Under the pieces are notes generated by a model. The model worked only from the letters and a program-made list of their open reading frames with translations, was not told the origin of the DNA and did no database searches. Position numbers and translations under genes: made by a program. A stretch of DNA of 63,947 bases, the filler included, from Perkinsus olseni (taxonomy: Eukaryota), in the NCBI GenBank assembly GCA_013115125.1. It is 5 parts of 5 records of this genome, joined end to end, with 100 filler letters (N's around TTAATTAATTAA, not from the genome) between each part and the next. Parts side by side here need not be neighbours in the genome. Positions count along the whole stretch, not along the records: positions 1 to 12,837 come from JABANN010000777.1; positions 12,938 to 25,773 come from JABANN010000778.1; 3 more parts are not named here. The stretch is one strand, 5' to 3'. Below, piece after piece: positions 10,601 through 22,099 of the stretch; position 1 is the first letter of the stretch, and each line of letters opens with the position of its first letter.

Positions 10601-11383
10601 ATCAAATTCCATGGGCGAGGACCCGGGTTCGATCCCCGGCATTGACATCTACCCTGCACTACTCAGTATCTTCGCAAGGGAAATTATCGTCTACAGTATT
10701 TACTAAGTCCTCGCTAAGAAGATTTCGCTATTCCAATAATCAAGATTCATGGGCAAGGACCCGAGTTCGATCCTCGGCAGCGACATTTTTCCCCACCCTT
10801 ACCCAATATCTTCGCTAGCGGTATCAAGGCAATGAAATTGGTGCCGAAGACGACCGCAGGTGACCATCCAAGCATACTTGATGCAACGCCGATCGGTGTG
10901 AAGATACAGAGTATCTTGAGGTCGAGGTAACATTTTACAAAATTCGCGAAGCGTAGCAAACAACCGGGGAGGAGACACCCCTACCGAAGACCCCCGTCGT
11001 TGAGATCGTTTCGGGACGACGAGTTTTATTCCCACGCCGATGCACTCAATATGAAATTGTTTTTACCAGCGAGTTTGATGAAATCGAGACCGGCGTGTAT
11101 GAACTGCCAGCTTCGACCTAAGATTCCTTCCCTTACGTTAACAGGGTCCAATACGATCGCCTTCAACCCTACAAAATTATTAACTTTCACTGCAGCGGGG
11201 CCACCAAGATCTGAGTAGGAAATGAAATGTCGCATATCTCTTTCTCCGCGCCGAGCATGGTTCGAGCTTGGATACTTCCAACCCCGCCCCGCGGACGGTA
11301 TCTTCCGTATAAGAAGACTCCGGAAAAAAAGAAAAAAGAGTAAAACTGAACTCAGCTAGACATATCTTTTTGACCGGTATCAT
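7633..11383 (-). CDS. CAX: Ca2+/H+ exchanger (CAX family), multi-exon; first and last exons approximate
   Basis: Spliced exons give ...[19 protein letters not shown]...[13 protein letters not shown] (alpha-1 repeat)...[21 protein letters not shown]...VFQM|YTH...[14 protein letters not shown] (alpha-2 repeat)...[21 protein letters not shown]...[15 protein letters not shown] boundaries. Confidence 0.93.
8186..8220. repeat. (CCTGG)6 microsatellite in a CAX intron
   Basis: Read directly from the sequence. Confidence 0.95.
8649..8756. repeat. 26-bp tandem repeat x4 spanning a CAX splice acceptor
   Basis: Units of AAGATACGGAATAGCTCGACCTGAGT type start at 8649, 8675, 8701 and 8727. Confidence 0.9.
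10445..10820 (+). repeat. Three degenerate units of about 120-140 bp, each carrying a tRNA T-arm, in CAX intron 10350-10802
   Basis: GGACCCGGGTTCGATCCCGGGCACTGACA, GGACCCGGGTTCGATCCCCGGCATTGACA and GGACCCGAGTTCGATCCTCGGCAGCGACA. Confidence 0.85.
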
Positions 11384-11421
11384 ATCCGTGATCTACAATA
11401 TCGAGAGAGAATACTGTAGCA

Positions 11422-11540
11422 TCTTGAGAATCTGTCTGATTGCACTGCATGCCAACGCTACAGAGAGACCCCAACTGAGAACATCGGCAAGAGTCTAACT
11501 AGCCGGAACCGCCAGCGTTGGACCATTTACTCACACACAG
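11422..11540 (+). repeat. Dispersed repeat of about 120 bp (copy 1)
   Basis: Aligns with the reverse complement of 13641-13760 (TCTTGAxAATCTGTCTGAxTGCACTGCATGCCAA...CATCGGCAAGAGTCTAACT). Confidence 0.85.
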
Positions 11541-11919
11541 AACGATCACCATAATTTCCCCAACGAGAAATGAGCATCTTGTGATAGCGGAGCGAAGTCA
11601 ATAAACTCACCCACACACATCGTCATCAATTTTGGAAAAAAATGTGCCGAAAAAGTGAGTCGTTGTTTGGAAATTTCCCCTCGCGGCCCCTGGGCATGTC
11701 GCAGAAACGGAGTACCTCGGTAGAAGGGAAACTAGGCCGGCAGCATCGGCGTTGGACTAAAAACTTTCATACTCCGATCGATTTTGTTATAAAAGGTGAA
11801 TGGGCAGTTTATTGCGATCGACAAAAAACTTTTCGACTCGCGGCCCGAAGTAAGCCCACAGGAACGAGCACATCGGTGGTGATCCAACTAAGCCGACGGA
11901 ACGGGGATGGACTAAAAAA

Positions 11920-12452
11920 ATAAACGCCCGAACTCACTGGCGCTGCTAGTCGCGGGCGCCGTTAACGGTTGCGTCAGGTCGCTGTGCTCCGAAGACGCGT
12001 AGTGGAAGAGTCTGGTTCGCCTCTGGTGGGCCGAGGCTTGGCGGAAGGACACGTTGGCCATGGTAGGAGTAGGGGGAGGTGTGGTACTGCGCAAAAGGGA
12101 ATTTAGCTCGGCATTGCCACCAGAGAATTTATGAGACACCTAAATTTTGCGATAAATTCCGGGAAACCCACTTCAGAAAATTTCTCGAAATATTACGATA
12201 GATTTACCCTCCAGTCGAAAATTTTTCTCTCGCAATACCAAAATTTCCGCAAAAAAACAACAACCACCACCGAATCAAATCATCCATGAAAACGGCAATT
12301 GCGGTTCGGCAAAATCGCCGTCCAACCAACCCTCCAACAAATCGGTGAAAATGACGAAAATTTGTTTCTCCTTTTTCGCAGTTTCGTCACCCAGGATATG
12401 CCGCTCGAGAGAGGCCTCAGGCTGCCGTGCAGTATAGGACACCTCCTTCAAC
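11920..12452 (-). CDS. Partial multi-exon hypothetical gene
   Basis: Coding-like exons LKEVSYTARQPEASLERHILGDETAKKEK and NAELNSLLRSTTPPPTPTMANVSF, separated by AT-rich intron-like DNA. No family recognised. Confidence 0.35.
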
Positions 12453-12462
12453 CTAAGATACG

Positions 12463-12686
12463 AAATCTTGCTCATCTTGCTCTCCCTCACAATTCCTCAA
12501 ATCCTCATGTCGTATGGATCCCGAGAACAATATCAAACTTCTAGCGCAATACAAATTCTTGCTCTCTTGCTTTCCCTTAGAATTCCTCAAAACCTCATGT
12601 CGTATGGATCCAGAGAACAATATCAAGCTTCTAGCGCAATACAAAATCTTGCTCATCTTGCTTTCCCTTACAATTCCTCAAATCCT
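12463..12686. repeat. 90-bp tandem repeat, about 2.5 copies
   Basis: CGTATGGATCC recurs at 12511 and 12601, and the flanking sequence is near-identical between units. Confidence 0.9.
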
Positions 12687-12733
12687 TTACTTTTATCGAA
12701 CTTTCCTTTACAGCATAGGACTAGAAGCAACTA

Positions 12734-12837
12734 CACCATTTCCAGACCTACTTAGTAAAACCCTAGACCAAATTAGTAAAACCCCAGAGCAATTTAGTCG
12801 GCTCGCGAGATCGGCATCCGGATCGTCCGGGACGATT
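12734..12837. mobile_element. Second copy (left end, cut by the contig end) of the 2325-2832 MITE
   Basis: TA|CACCATTTCCAGACCTACTTAGTAAAACCC...CAGAGCAATTTAGTCGGC. Confidence 0.8.
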
Positions 12838-12937
12838 NNNNNNNNNNNNNNNNNNNNNNNNNNNNNNNNNNNNNNNNNNNNTTAATTAATTAANNNNNNN
12901 NNNNNNNNNNNNNNNNNNNNNNNNNNNNNNNNNNNNN
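12838..12937. other. Artificial contig linker
   Basis: N44-TTAATTAATTAA-N44, which has stops in all six frames. Confidence 0.99.
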
Positions 12938-12940
12938 AAT

Positions 12941-13307
12941 AGCGGTGGGCGGAATTGAACCCGACACCTGATTACTTCTTGGTCCAATCTCTACGGAAGG
13001 GATCGATACTCTCAAAAGCGAGTGTCGTTGCATTACTGAAACCTGATGAGTAGCAAGTAGAATTCGGAGAGGTCGATCGCAAGACAGACCTTTCTGTAAT
13101 CTCTTGGTTGTCCCTCCAGCTTCGCCATCATACGATACGTATGTGAAAGCGCTGAAGCCGCGATAACAGTAAAACGGATATTTACATCTTCCCACTAACA
13201 CGAGGGCCATGGCAAAGAGCCCCTACGGGGAATTGAACCCAAGACCGACGACACAACCACTGAGGACCACTGAAGCTGAGTAATCATCACACAAAGTGGC
13301 TGTCACG
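12941..13307 (-). repeat. Left arm of the roughly 370-bp inverted repeat bounding contig 2
   Basis: Highly similar to the reverse complement of 25402-25768. Contains two tRNA T-arm-like motifs. Confidence 0.92.
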
Positions 13308-13640
13308 AAGTATTCTAAAGAAAAGTTCGAGTGACTGCCGCCGCTCCACGTCGGAGCCGATTGGCTTACTCAATACACAGAAACCTCACTGACTATAATT
13401 CGTTAATAGCTTCACGATAAAGTAGGGGTCAATGGCAACCCCCAGCGAAGTCTCGACACTGCGTCGGAGCCGGTCGCATCGCGATTATCGCAATGGTCCT
13501 CTAGAACACGGGGTCCCAACGCCAATGTAGATCCTCCAGTCCATTCGAACCAACCTGACCTTTATAGGCGCAAGAAATCATGCACGAAATCCGTTCGGCC
13601 TCCTCGCTTTAGATCTGCCGCAAGACGAGCGATGAGCGTG

Positions 13641-13760
13641 AGTGTGTGCGTGAGTTTATAGTCCAACGCCGGTCCCGGCTTAGTTAGACTCTTGCCGATG
13701 TGCTCAGTTGAAGGCTTTCTGTAGCATTGGCATGCAGTGCAGTCAGACAGATTGTCAAGA
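13641..13760 (-). repeat. Dispersed repeat of about 120 bp (copy 2)
   Basis: Matches 11422-11540 in reverse orientation. Confidence 0.85.
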
Positions 13761-14533
13761 AGCCCTCCTCAGGGGTATAGCCAACCAGAGAAGCTTCCCT
13801 TCCTCCTAGCGATAAGCGTGAAACAACTTTTTCCACTTTCAACAGGAAATTGCTTGGAGCCCGCGCAGAACCTGTCCAATTGAGAAACCAGACGGCTGTG
13901 AGGGATTTCGGGCATTGGCAGCCCTCTCCCGGTACAAATCATCCAACCCCTATTCCGGTTTTTAGTGAGTGAACAAACGGCCGCGGAAAGGTAAACTCCC
14001 AACAAAAAAGATCCGACACGAAGAGCGAAACTGCGCCCACGTATCTTCGGAACATTCCCTCAAAAGTCGTCGAGATTCAGAGTGAATATAAAACTAGATG
14101 CTGAGAATCGATGAGCAGTCAGGAGACATCCTCCACAAGTATAACGAAAAAACCACTCTGGAACTGAAACATGAGACCCACACCGTGCGAGTCTCACATT
14201 TTTATCAACGAGTGCGTGGTGCCAACTTTTTGAAACAGATCAGATTGTCTTGCCGATCAACGTACATCTATCACACGATTCTATGCCCCAACATCTCTCG
14301 TCACATTTGAATGAACGCTTTGTCCGACGAGACTCGGCCAGGTAACACACGTCCACACGTGCCGTAGTTGCTGGAGCGATAGCGCTGAACAAAATGGAGG
14401 ACTTCGATGAACCACGCAAGGTTGTCGCTACTATCAACACGGTGTGGTGAAACATACAACTTGAACACGAATGCATGGATTGGTACATAAACTAATCATC
14501 ATTTGTTCGAAGACTGAATGAAAGAAACTAGAC

Positions 14534-16251
14534 TTACGGATCTTGCTCGGCCTCATCTCCTTTCCCCATCAGCGCTGTTTCATAACTGTCGATCAAGTGC
14601 GCATAGCCAGACTTGGGAACCATCGGACGATCAGCCCGGGCAATCTCACAGAAGAAGTCGACGAGGGAGGTCTTACCGACTGCGGGGTCCATGCCATTGG
14701 TTAAGACGGCCTTGAGAGGTTGGGACGGATCCGTGCCAATGACGTAGACCTTGCCAGGTATGACTAACGGGACGGACCATTTGTAGTCGGCTAACTGGTG
14801 ACTGGAGGACTCGCCCCAACCACCAACAAGATACTCCAAAGAATGCATACAAGTTCGACTGATAACATCACCGTCGTTGACGAAGGACCTCAAACTCAGG
14901 TTCCACGGTGAGAGGACAATCCGTCGCCATCCACGACTCTGTAGAGTATCGGATAGGACTGGCGGGGGGCCGAATGCTATCGCCTCCACCCAGACACGAG
15001 GGCTCAGCTCTGGTGCCATCAGAAGGCCCGCTATCAAGGCTACACCACCACCCAACGAATGGCCGGTGACAAGGAGACGTCCGCTGCTGCCTCCCCGCGA
15101 TAGACCCTCTCTGATGTAAGGCATAGCGCTTTTAGCGACCCAGGCAGCTCCAGCGTTGATGCCTCTGTGAACGCGGAGAGCATCGGCATTGTCACCATCA
15201 TCCTCGCCAGTATGGATCTCGACGTCATCACACAACATATCAGTGATGGCATCAGCCAAAGTAGCAGTGCCACGGATAGCGAGGACCACCGTACCATCAT
15301 AACGTAAGGCAACGAAGAACCGAGGCTTCAGAGGATCTGCACCTTCGAAGCCGCCCTCAGGCGACGTGTACAGTACCTCGCTGATATCAGCACACATTGT
15401 AAAGATACAATTCTCCGACTTCTCAGCTGCTGGCAGCCGCTCATACTCGTCACGAGTCATCCGTGCTGCTGCGGCATCACAATCGTAAGCAGCCTTGGCG
15501 TAGGAGAGGTAACTCAGGGCTGCTGTGCAATCGATGTCCACCAATTTACGACCGAACTTCCGAGGGTCCCAATCGGGGCGAAGTGGCGCTCTCGAACGAC
15601 ACATATCGACGAAGTCTGCCATCACTTCCTGTGGTCGCTTGGGCTCATCTGAACCTTCGAAGGTAGCTGCAAGTTTACCACAATCACCAATCCTTCTCCA
15701 CACCCTCTGGACCATATCAATGTTAACCTGGGCTTCACGTTGGCGCTCCTGTTCGAGAGACAACTCATCATCACATGAATCCGCACTCACAAGGGCCTCC
15801 TTACCTTCGCTCGGGCGGCTCTCTGTTTGGCATTCTCTACCACGGCCCGAGCAGATGCTCCAACTTCTTCCCACTGGCTTCGGGCGGCAGACCTCGCAGA
15901 CTCGGCGGCAACACGCGCCGCTTCTGCAGCCCGTTTCGCAGTATCCGCTGCGCGTAACGCTTGATCGATCGTTTCGGATATCGTCTCACTGAGTTGATCG
16001 GCCGCCTGTGAAATCGCTAGCCGATGCCCCGTGATGCGGCTCTCGCTCTGACGGTCGGCTAAGCCGCTGGCCCGTTGGCTGAGCTCTGATGCGCGGCGAG
16101 ATAATCGTTCGCTTTCCGATTGCAACTCTGCTGCCATCTGCTTTAGGTCATCGACTGAGCTCCTACTTCCTTTTTCTTCACAGAGAGCTCTCCTCGCGTC
16201 GAACTTCGACAAGGCCGTCAAGGCACAGGCCAAGAAGGAGAGGTCTGGCAT
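14534..16251 (-). CDS. Class 3 lipase (diacylglycerol-lipase-like) with an N-terminal coiled coil
   Basis: Motifs LAIRGT, VTGHSLGGG and FVNDGDVISR. A 56-nt GTAAGG...GAACAG intron near 15750-15805 joins ORF 15787-16251 in frame to ORF 14534-15874. Confidence 0.88.
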
Positions 16252-16923
16252 TCAGATGAACTTATCGTGACCATTGCCTTCCTGCAACTTAACACAACCC
16301 AGTACATACTACTGAAAACACCATGCTCGTGTCATGGCAATTTCCGTGATACCTTTGTGTTCCATAGTTGGCGGTAGACAGGCGCTAGTGGTAGGGTAGT
16401 AGCCATGAAGGGAGTCCACCACCACCACCACCACCAGCCCAAGGATAAGTCCCGTCCAAAGCTTACACCGTACACTCTCCTCCAGCGCCCCTAATCGGCC
16501 GTCAGTTCATCGATGCACCATCCTGACAACCACGACTGATCAGCAAGCTAGAAGGATTCCTTTTGGATGGGTGTGTGCATTCAATAAAGATACGAGTAGC
16601 CAAGATTTAGCTTCGCGATATTTCTCAGAACTGTGTTACCGCTGAGGGCCGGACACGAGAGCATGTTGGCTCTGCCAACTTGGCAGGACCCTCTTAGTGC
16701 CCCCGTAAGATAACAACGCCGGTACTTCTCCGGTCATAGGACAGGAAGGAAAAGTGGAGAAAACTCGTTTCAGTGGACGAAGATTCAGATCCGTAGTTCG
16801 ATTCCCGTATCGTACGTTTCTCCCGTATTTTTCCACTCAGCCGCACAGACTTCCTCAAACTAGGATGAAGGATTGATTTTGGATGACCCAAAGATTCCCT
16901 ATTGTATCAGTTTCTTCACATAA

Positions 16924-19900
16924 ATGATTTCGAAATCGTCAGACGAGTCCCCATCGACCTCTGAGGGATGGAGGAAGCTCGGAAATGAACAGCTCGTACG
17001 ACGAACCATCACACCTGATCCGAAGTTGCTACTCTAGCTTTCTTATTCAGGAGCGCGGTGCTATCGAGGATGCTGTTAGCAGTTATACCAACTCTATCGA
17101 GCTCAAACCGGAGGACAGCGTCGCTTGGTAATACTAGACGGTCTCTTGTCATTGAATGAACTGTTAGGGTGTGGGCATATCATAAAACGATCATTCGAAA
17201 GCACCCTTCGGACCGGCGTAGATTCGTTCTGAATCATGTGCATTCCGACGGTCTCTCCCCGGATGTCTATTGACGTTCAGGTCCAATCGTTCGGCGGCCA
17301 ATGCTTTGGCTGGCAAGCTCGAGGAAGCTTTATCTGATGCACAGCAGTGCGTTAAGTTGAGCCCCCACTGGGCCAAGGCACACTTCAGAGTTGCTAAGGC
17401 ACTGGAGGGGCTGCACAGGTACTAACTATCAGTCGTTCGTCAGCAGTACATGAGATTAGCTCAATTTTAGGTATCAGGACGCTATAGCCGAGCTTGAGGC
17501 CGCGAAGGACTCCTGCGAAGTGGTCTACGACGTCTGGTATTGTTATCGTTGATGTTGTCTCCTTCAGGATCCTGAGGGGATGTTGACAGGAGCGTTGGAA
17601 TCCTGTCGAGAGAACATGAAAAGGCAACTTTTGATAGGAAGATGGCGGGGCAAGGTTACAGAAAAGCTCGGAGGATACCAACAGGTAATGATTCAGGAGG
17701 TCCCCGGTTCGACTCCCACAGCCGACATGTGTGTAGATAATGGAGTTCTTCGATAACGGTGATATGCGCGTAGCAGTGATGGCCAAGGCACAAGATGCCG
17801 CCTACAAGCTGGACACAACTGCCGATCCGATGGTGCTGCACATAGACCTCGCACCCGATCATCCGATGAGGAAGGACGACAACTCGAATGCAGTGTCGTA
17901 ATACGTCATGGGAGTTTCGTGGCGCGTGACGTTATGGGTATCTTCAGTTACATTGTACGGTTCCCTGATGAGGATACTCTGGATATGTGCTGTCCTTATT
18001 TAACTAATGATTTGCCAAAGACCTTCGATGGCCCCGGATTTGTGAGAATGGACCGGGTAATGACATACTCGGACATTGGCAGTAGTGCAGAGGTTATCGC
18101 AGATAAACAAAGGAGAGAAGATCGATAAGAAGGATGAGCAGCGGATTGAGGCCCCTGAGTTAGAGGAGCTCAAGGGACTATCCGATCGGGACATTGTAAT
18201 AACCGGAACTCCGTGGTTCAATTCCGGCATGCGGCGTTTGGGTGACATCTATGTTATGTCAGATGCTCAAGTATGTTCGAGAATTCTGTGAAGTGTTGAA
18301 GTCGGCCGCTAAGGAGGGAGACAAAGAGTTTCAGGTGCTATTCTGGTCCGATGGTATCTCTGCCGCGCAGCATGCCGAAGGGCGTGAGGTCTAGTCCTCC
18401 CGTCATCATCTTTTTATCTCAGGTGCCGGAGGCGAAGGATGAGAAAACTCAAGAATCCAATAAGGAGATGCTGAAGATGCTCGCCATTAATGTGAAGGTA
18501 ATGCCGCCGAACGCCTCGTGGTGGTGATGATTTTGAAATGTATTCTTATTATTGATTAGGTGAATGCGTTGGAGCAAAAGTATGGTAGTGACGTTACCCA
18601 AGCAGGATTCCTATTAGCAGCTCAACAAGAAGAGAAGAGATTGGATGATCGAGAGATGGACCGAGCTGTCATGGAGTTGCGACTTAGAATGCTGCAAACT
18701 GGCATTATTAATGAGGATTACCTGAAGGAGGCCAGGGAGACACTTAAGGACCCGAGCCTGGTAATAGTTACAGTAGTAGTAGAGCTGGTAGCAAGTGTCA
18801 TGGATGAGGTCGTGACTAGCCGTGGTCGTAGTAGTAGAATTAGTGCTGCCGAACTCTAGGCATGACGATCCTCGTCAGTGGTATATCACGTGTCAGGTTA
18901 CCCCGTCACAGCTAGACGGAGCTCCTGTAGTGGTTGAGTCGGCCGCTTCTTCATCGACCGCTCGAGGAAGGTTGCAGAAGAAGTTAGATGAGCGCAATAA
19001 GTCCAGTAACGCTAGCAATGGTGATGGCAATGAGGGCAAGAGTACCCCTGAGGAGCCCAACACTGGAGGCAAGAGTAGAAGGAAGAGACGTAAGGGGGAA
19101 CAAGGGTGCATGGTCGTGGGTGAGTATGGTCATTTAGATAACCGACATGGAAAGAAGAAGGTAACTACTCCTCCAGCAGAGAAGGCCGACACTACACCAG
19201 CAGAGAAGGCCGACACTACCCCAGCAGAGAAGGCCGACACTACCCCAGCAGAGAAGGCCGACACTGCTACACCAGCGGAGACTGCTAGCAGCACTCCAGA
19301 ACCCGAGTCAGAGGGAGATGTGTGTGTAGGGAGGGAGGTGTCCCCTTCTCGTACGGATGATGTTATTATTGAGGCCGCAGCAGAGTTCACAGAGGATACT
19401 CACAACACGGAGTCCCTCGAAGGCGTCGCCCGTGAAGAGAAGAAATTGGACACTATCGAAAGTGAAGCTGCGATGGAGTACGGTAAGGAGAAAATGAAGG
19501 ATGATGTAGTGACCCCGTCTACGCATGAGAATAGAGAGGTTGAAGTAGCCGAAGCTGATGTGACACCACCGCACGGAGGGGAGGAGATACGATTCTCCTC
19601 CTTCTCTGAGGTAGACGTCCCTAGTGTTGACGAGGCAGCTGAGGAGGCCGCTGAGATGGCGGTGGAAGGACGCGATCATCCTTCTCGAGGAGGAGTTACG
19701 GAAGTTACGGTAGTGGATGCGGGCGCATCTTCTGGAATGATCCATAGACATGCGAGTGAGGAGGCCCGGAGTGAACGTCGATTGAGTAATGGAGTGCCGA
19801 TTACCCCAACTATGCTCAGTGCCGAGGCTCCAACGCCGGTAAATGATGTAGGGGAGGTCGAGTTCCCGCAGCTGCCTTTGCTGACTGAGCCTGTCGGCAG

Positions 19901-20177
19901 AGTGCCTGTCACACCGACGCTTCATACTGGTGATATTGACGGGGTCTCGGAGACGTCGGAAGTGAGCGTGGATCCGGCAACTGCGCACGGTGTGCCTCTC
20001 ACGCCCACGGAGAAGGTGTCCTATGAGGAAGAGGAGATCAGCCCATTACGACCATCATCATCATGGAGGTGGTCGAATGAGGATTTGTATTTTGGTGCTG
20101 GTCTTATCGTTGGCGGTATAGCTGTATTCGGTATCACACTGAGTCTCCTGAAGAGGTCTAATGCCGCTGGTCATTAA
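16924..20177 (+). CDS. TPR-domain protein with an acidic low-complexity region and a C-terminal transmembrane anchor
   Basis: Spliced N-terminus WRKLGNEQL|ERGAIEDAVSSYTNSIELKPEDSVAW|SNRSAANALAGKLEEALSDAQQCVKLSPHWAKAH (Sti1/HOP-type TPR). C-terminus LYFGAGLIVGGIAVFGITLSLLKR. Confidence 0.8.
19173..19277 (+). repeat. 24-bp coding tandem repeat (PAEKADTT)x4
   Basis: CCAGCAGAGAAGGCCGACACTAC repeated. Confidence 0.95.
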
Positions 20178-20849
20178 TCCTGATGATGATAATTTATATA
20201 CATCACATTTACTATTAGGATGATGATGATGATGTTTAGCACCACCGATTAATTTCCAAACAGTGTTTCTACTACTACTAGGCATGTTGCTTCTGCGTTG
20301 GAGTCGCCTGCTGATAGATGCAACACTGGTGATAGCTAACGGACAACAACAGGAGAGTAGACAACCAGCTCGGCAGCACCAGCTTCACTGTTGGTCTGCA
20401 TCGTAACATTCGAATGGCCTGCTGGTCTATAGTATGTCATCTTATTTCTACTGCAGCATTACGTGTGTTCATTACACGAACTACACGAACTTGGCTCTGG
20501 AAGCATATTTTTCGGATAATAACAATCGTTTTAGAAGGTCGGCGAGAGAGGGATTGACTGCGCATCGGGCGTGCGCTTATTTTAGTAGCGCGTGACACTC
20601 ATGGTGTGCTCGGCCGCACGTTACTCCTACTTCCTAGATCTCAATGACCGTTCTTTTACGATTGGAACGACCCCCACTGGAGAAGGGATGCGAGCTTGGA
20701 AAGGAGCGTGGTGGGGTAATAATGACTCGTGCCGGGATTGAACCTGGGCGGGGAATGGACGATATTTCAGGACGCCTCTAATTCGAGGACTACACGGCAA
20801 AAGAAGCATCACCGATCGAAACGTTCAAAAGTAGAATGGCTCCGACCTC

Positions 20850-21790
20850 TCATCAGATTTCACGTAAATCATCTCAGAAACGTTCGAAAAATAACTCGCC
20901 CGTTGAGGCAGCAGAAAACAAAGGTGATTACGATCGTCAAAGGCTTGGGGGTCGTCAATAATGGTAATACTATTCAGATGCCATTAACCAACAGAAGCCC
21001 ACATGCCCGGCGGTATTAGACGATGATGGACGGCAACATGGAAGGTAATACGATACGGCACAGTGGCGCCAGCTGGCTAAGAGCGCACATTTTTCTTGGC
21101 GGTTTGGAACACTTCCAACGAGAGTTCTTATTGGAATTGGATCTGGCAAATCTTGACTATCCTTCGTTACTGTTTGCTGATCGCGGAGGGTTGATTGATC
21201 GTGAGTCGATTGATGATTGATTCCAGTTGGGTCTTTTCTCAGCGGCCGTCTTTTCTCTGTGGATTCGACACCGGGTGGGAGAGGGGTTGTAGATGAGATT
21301 GATGATACTACGACATGCTCGGCGACTGGTGCAGCAGCTACAATTGCAGCAGATGAAAGTGGAATATCACAGGCCTTTTTTGAGGTGATATCGGCACGAT
21401 CAGTCGATTAGGTTAAGGGTTTCCGCTTCTATCCCGTAGGTCATGGGTTCTAATCTCCTTCCTGTTAGGCTCATCGTTATTCTATCAAGAATACCTTCCT
21501 TACGCTCGACTCGCCTACGAGGGACCTGCGTGCTCTCCGACGGTGTAATTCTTCGCCACAGCTCAGCCTCGACAACCACTGCGCTGCCTCGAGAGAACCA
21601 ATGGAGCGATCGGAGAGGATGAAGAAGGACTTAGTGGTGGTTCCATCTTGGGTACCGTCACTGCGTCACAGAATTCACTGAAGGGAAGTCGTTTGATGAC
21701 GATCACCATCGACTCGTTCGTCTGTAGTTTAGTTAATGATGCGCATGCGTGCGAGTATAATACCAAACTTTTGTTGAATCATGTGTACCA
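20850..21790 (-). CDS. Probable multi-exon hypothetical gene (Ser/Pro-rich)
   Basis: Coding-like exons such as LTKLQTNESMVIVIKRLPFSEFCDAVTVPKMEPPLSPS. Gene structure not resolved. Confidence 0.3.
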
Positions 21791-22099
21791 TACGGTCTGT
21801 TGTTGTCTTAACAATACCCCATCTTGCGTTTGAGTTGAGCCCCGGGAGATTCATCAGGGATATCAGGGTATTTAAATGACACCCTAAGGAGTAGGTCTTC
21901 AATAGAGACCCACCTCCAACCTCGAAGAATGCACGTGGGTGTGTGAGCAGGAATGGTAGACAACTCGTGGGCCGTTCAATAGATTCCCTCCCTGCACCGT
22001 CGCGTGCCTTACAGTATGGTCAAATCATAACATCGGTCATGTTGATGGTAGAGGAAAGTGTGGGGGGCTGTGAGTGCACTTCTTTCGAGGCTTTTTCGA

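Noticed and set aside
12463-12686. CRISPR-like array (also 41103-41243 and 8649-8756)
   Set aside because: Whole units repeat head to tail with no unique spacers, the context is eukaryotic, and there are no cas genes.
12838-12937. TTAATTAATTAA palindrome within N runs (four occurrences) as a biological motif, and ORFs running into X
   Set aside because: Identical 100-nt artificial linker between length-sorted contigs. Adjacency across linkers is meaningless.
15750-15874. Programmed frameshift between the two overlapping lipase ORFs
   Set aside because: A canonical 56-nt GT-AG intron joins them in frame.
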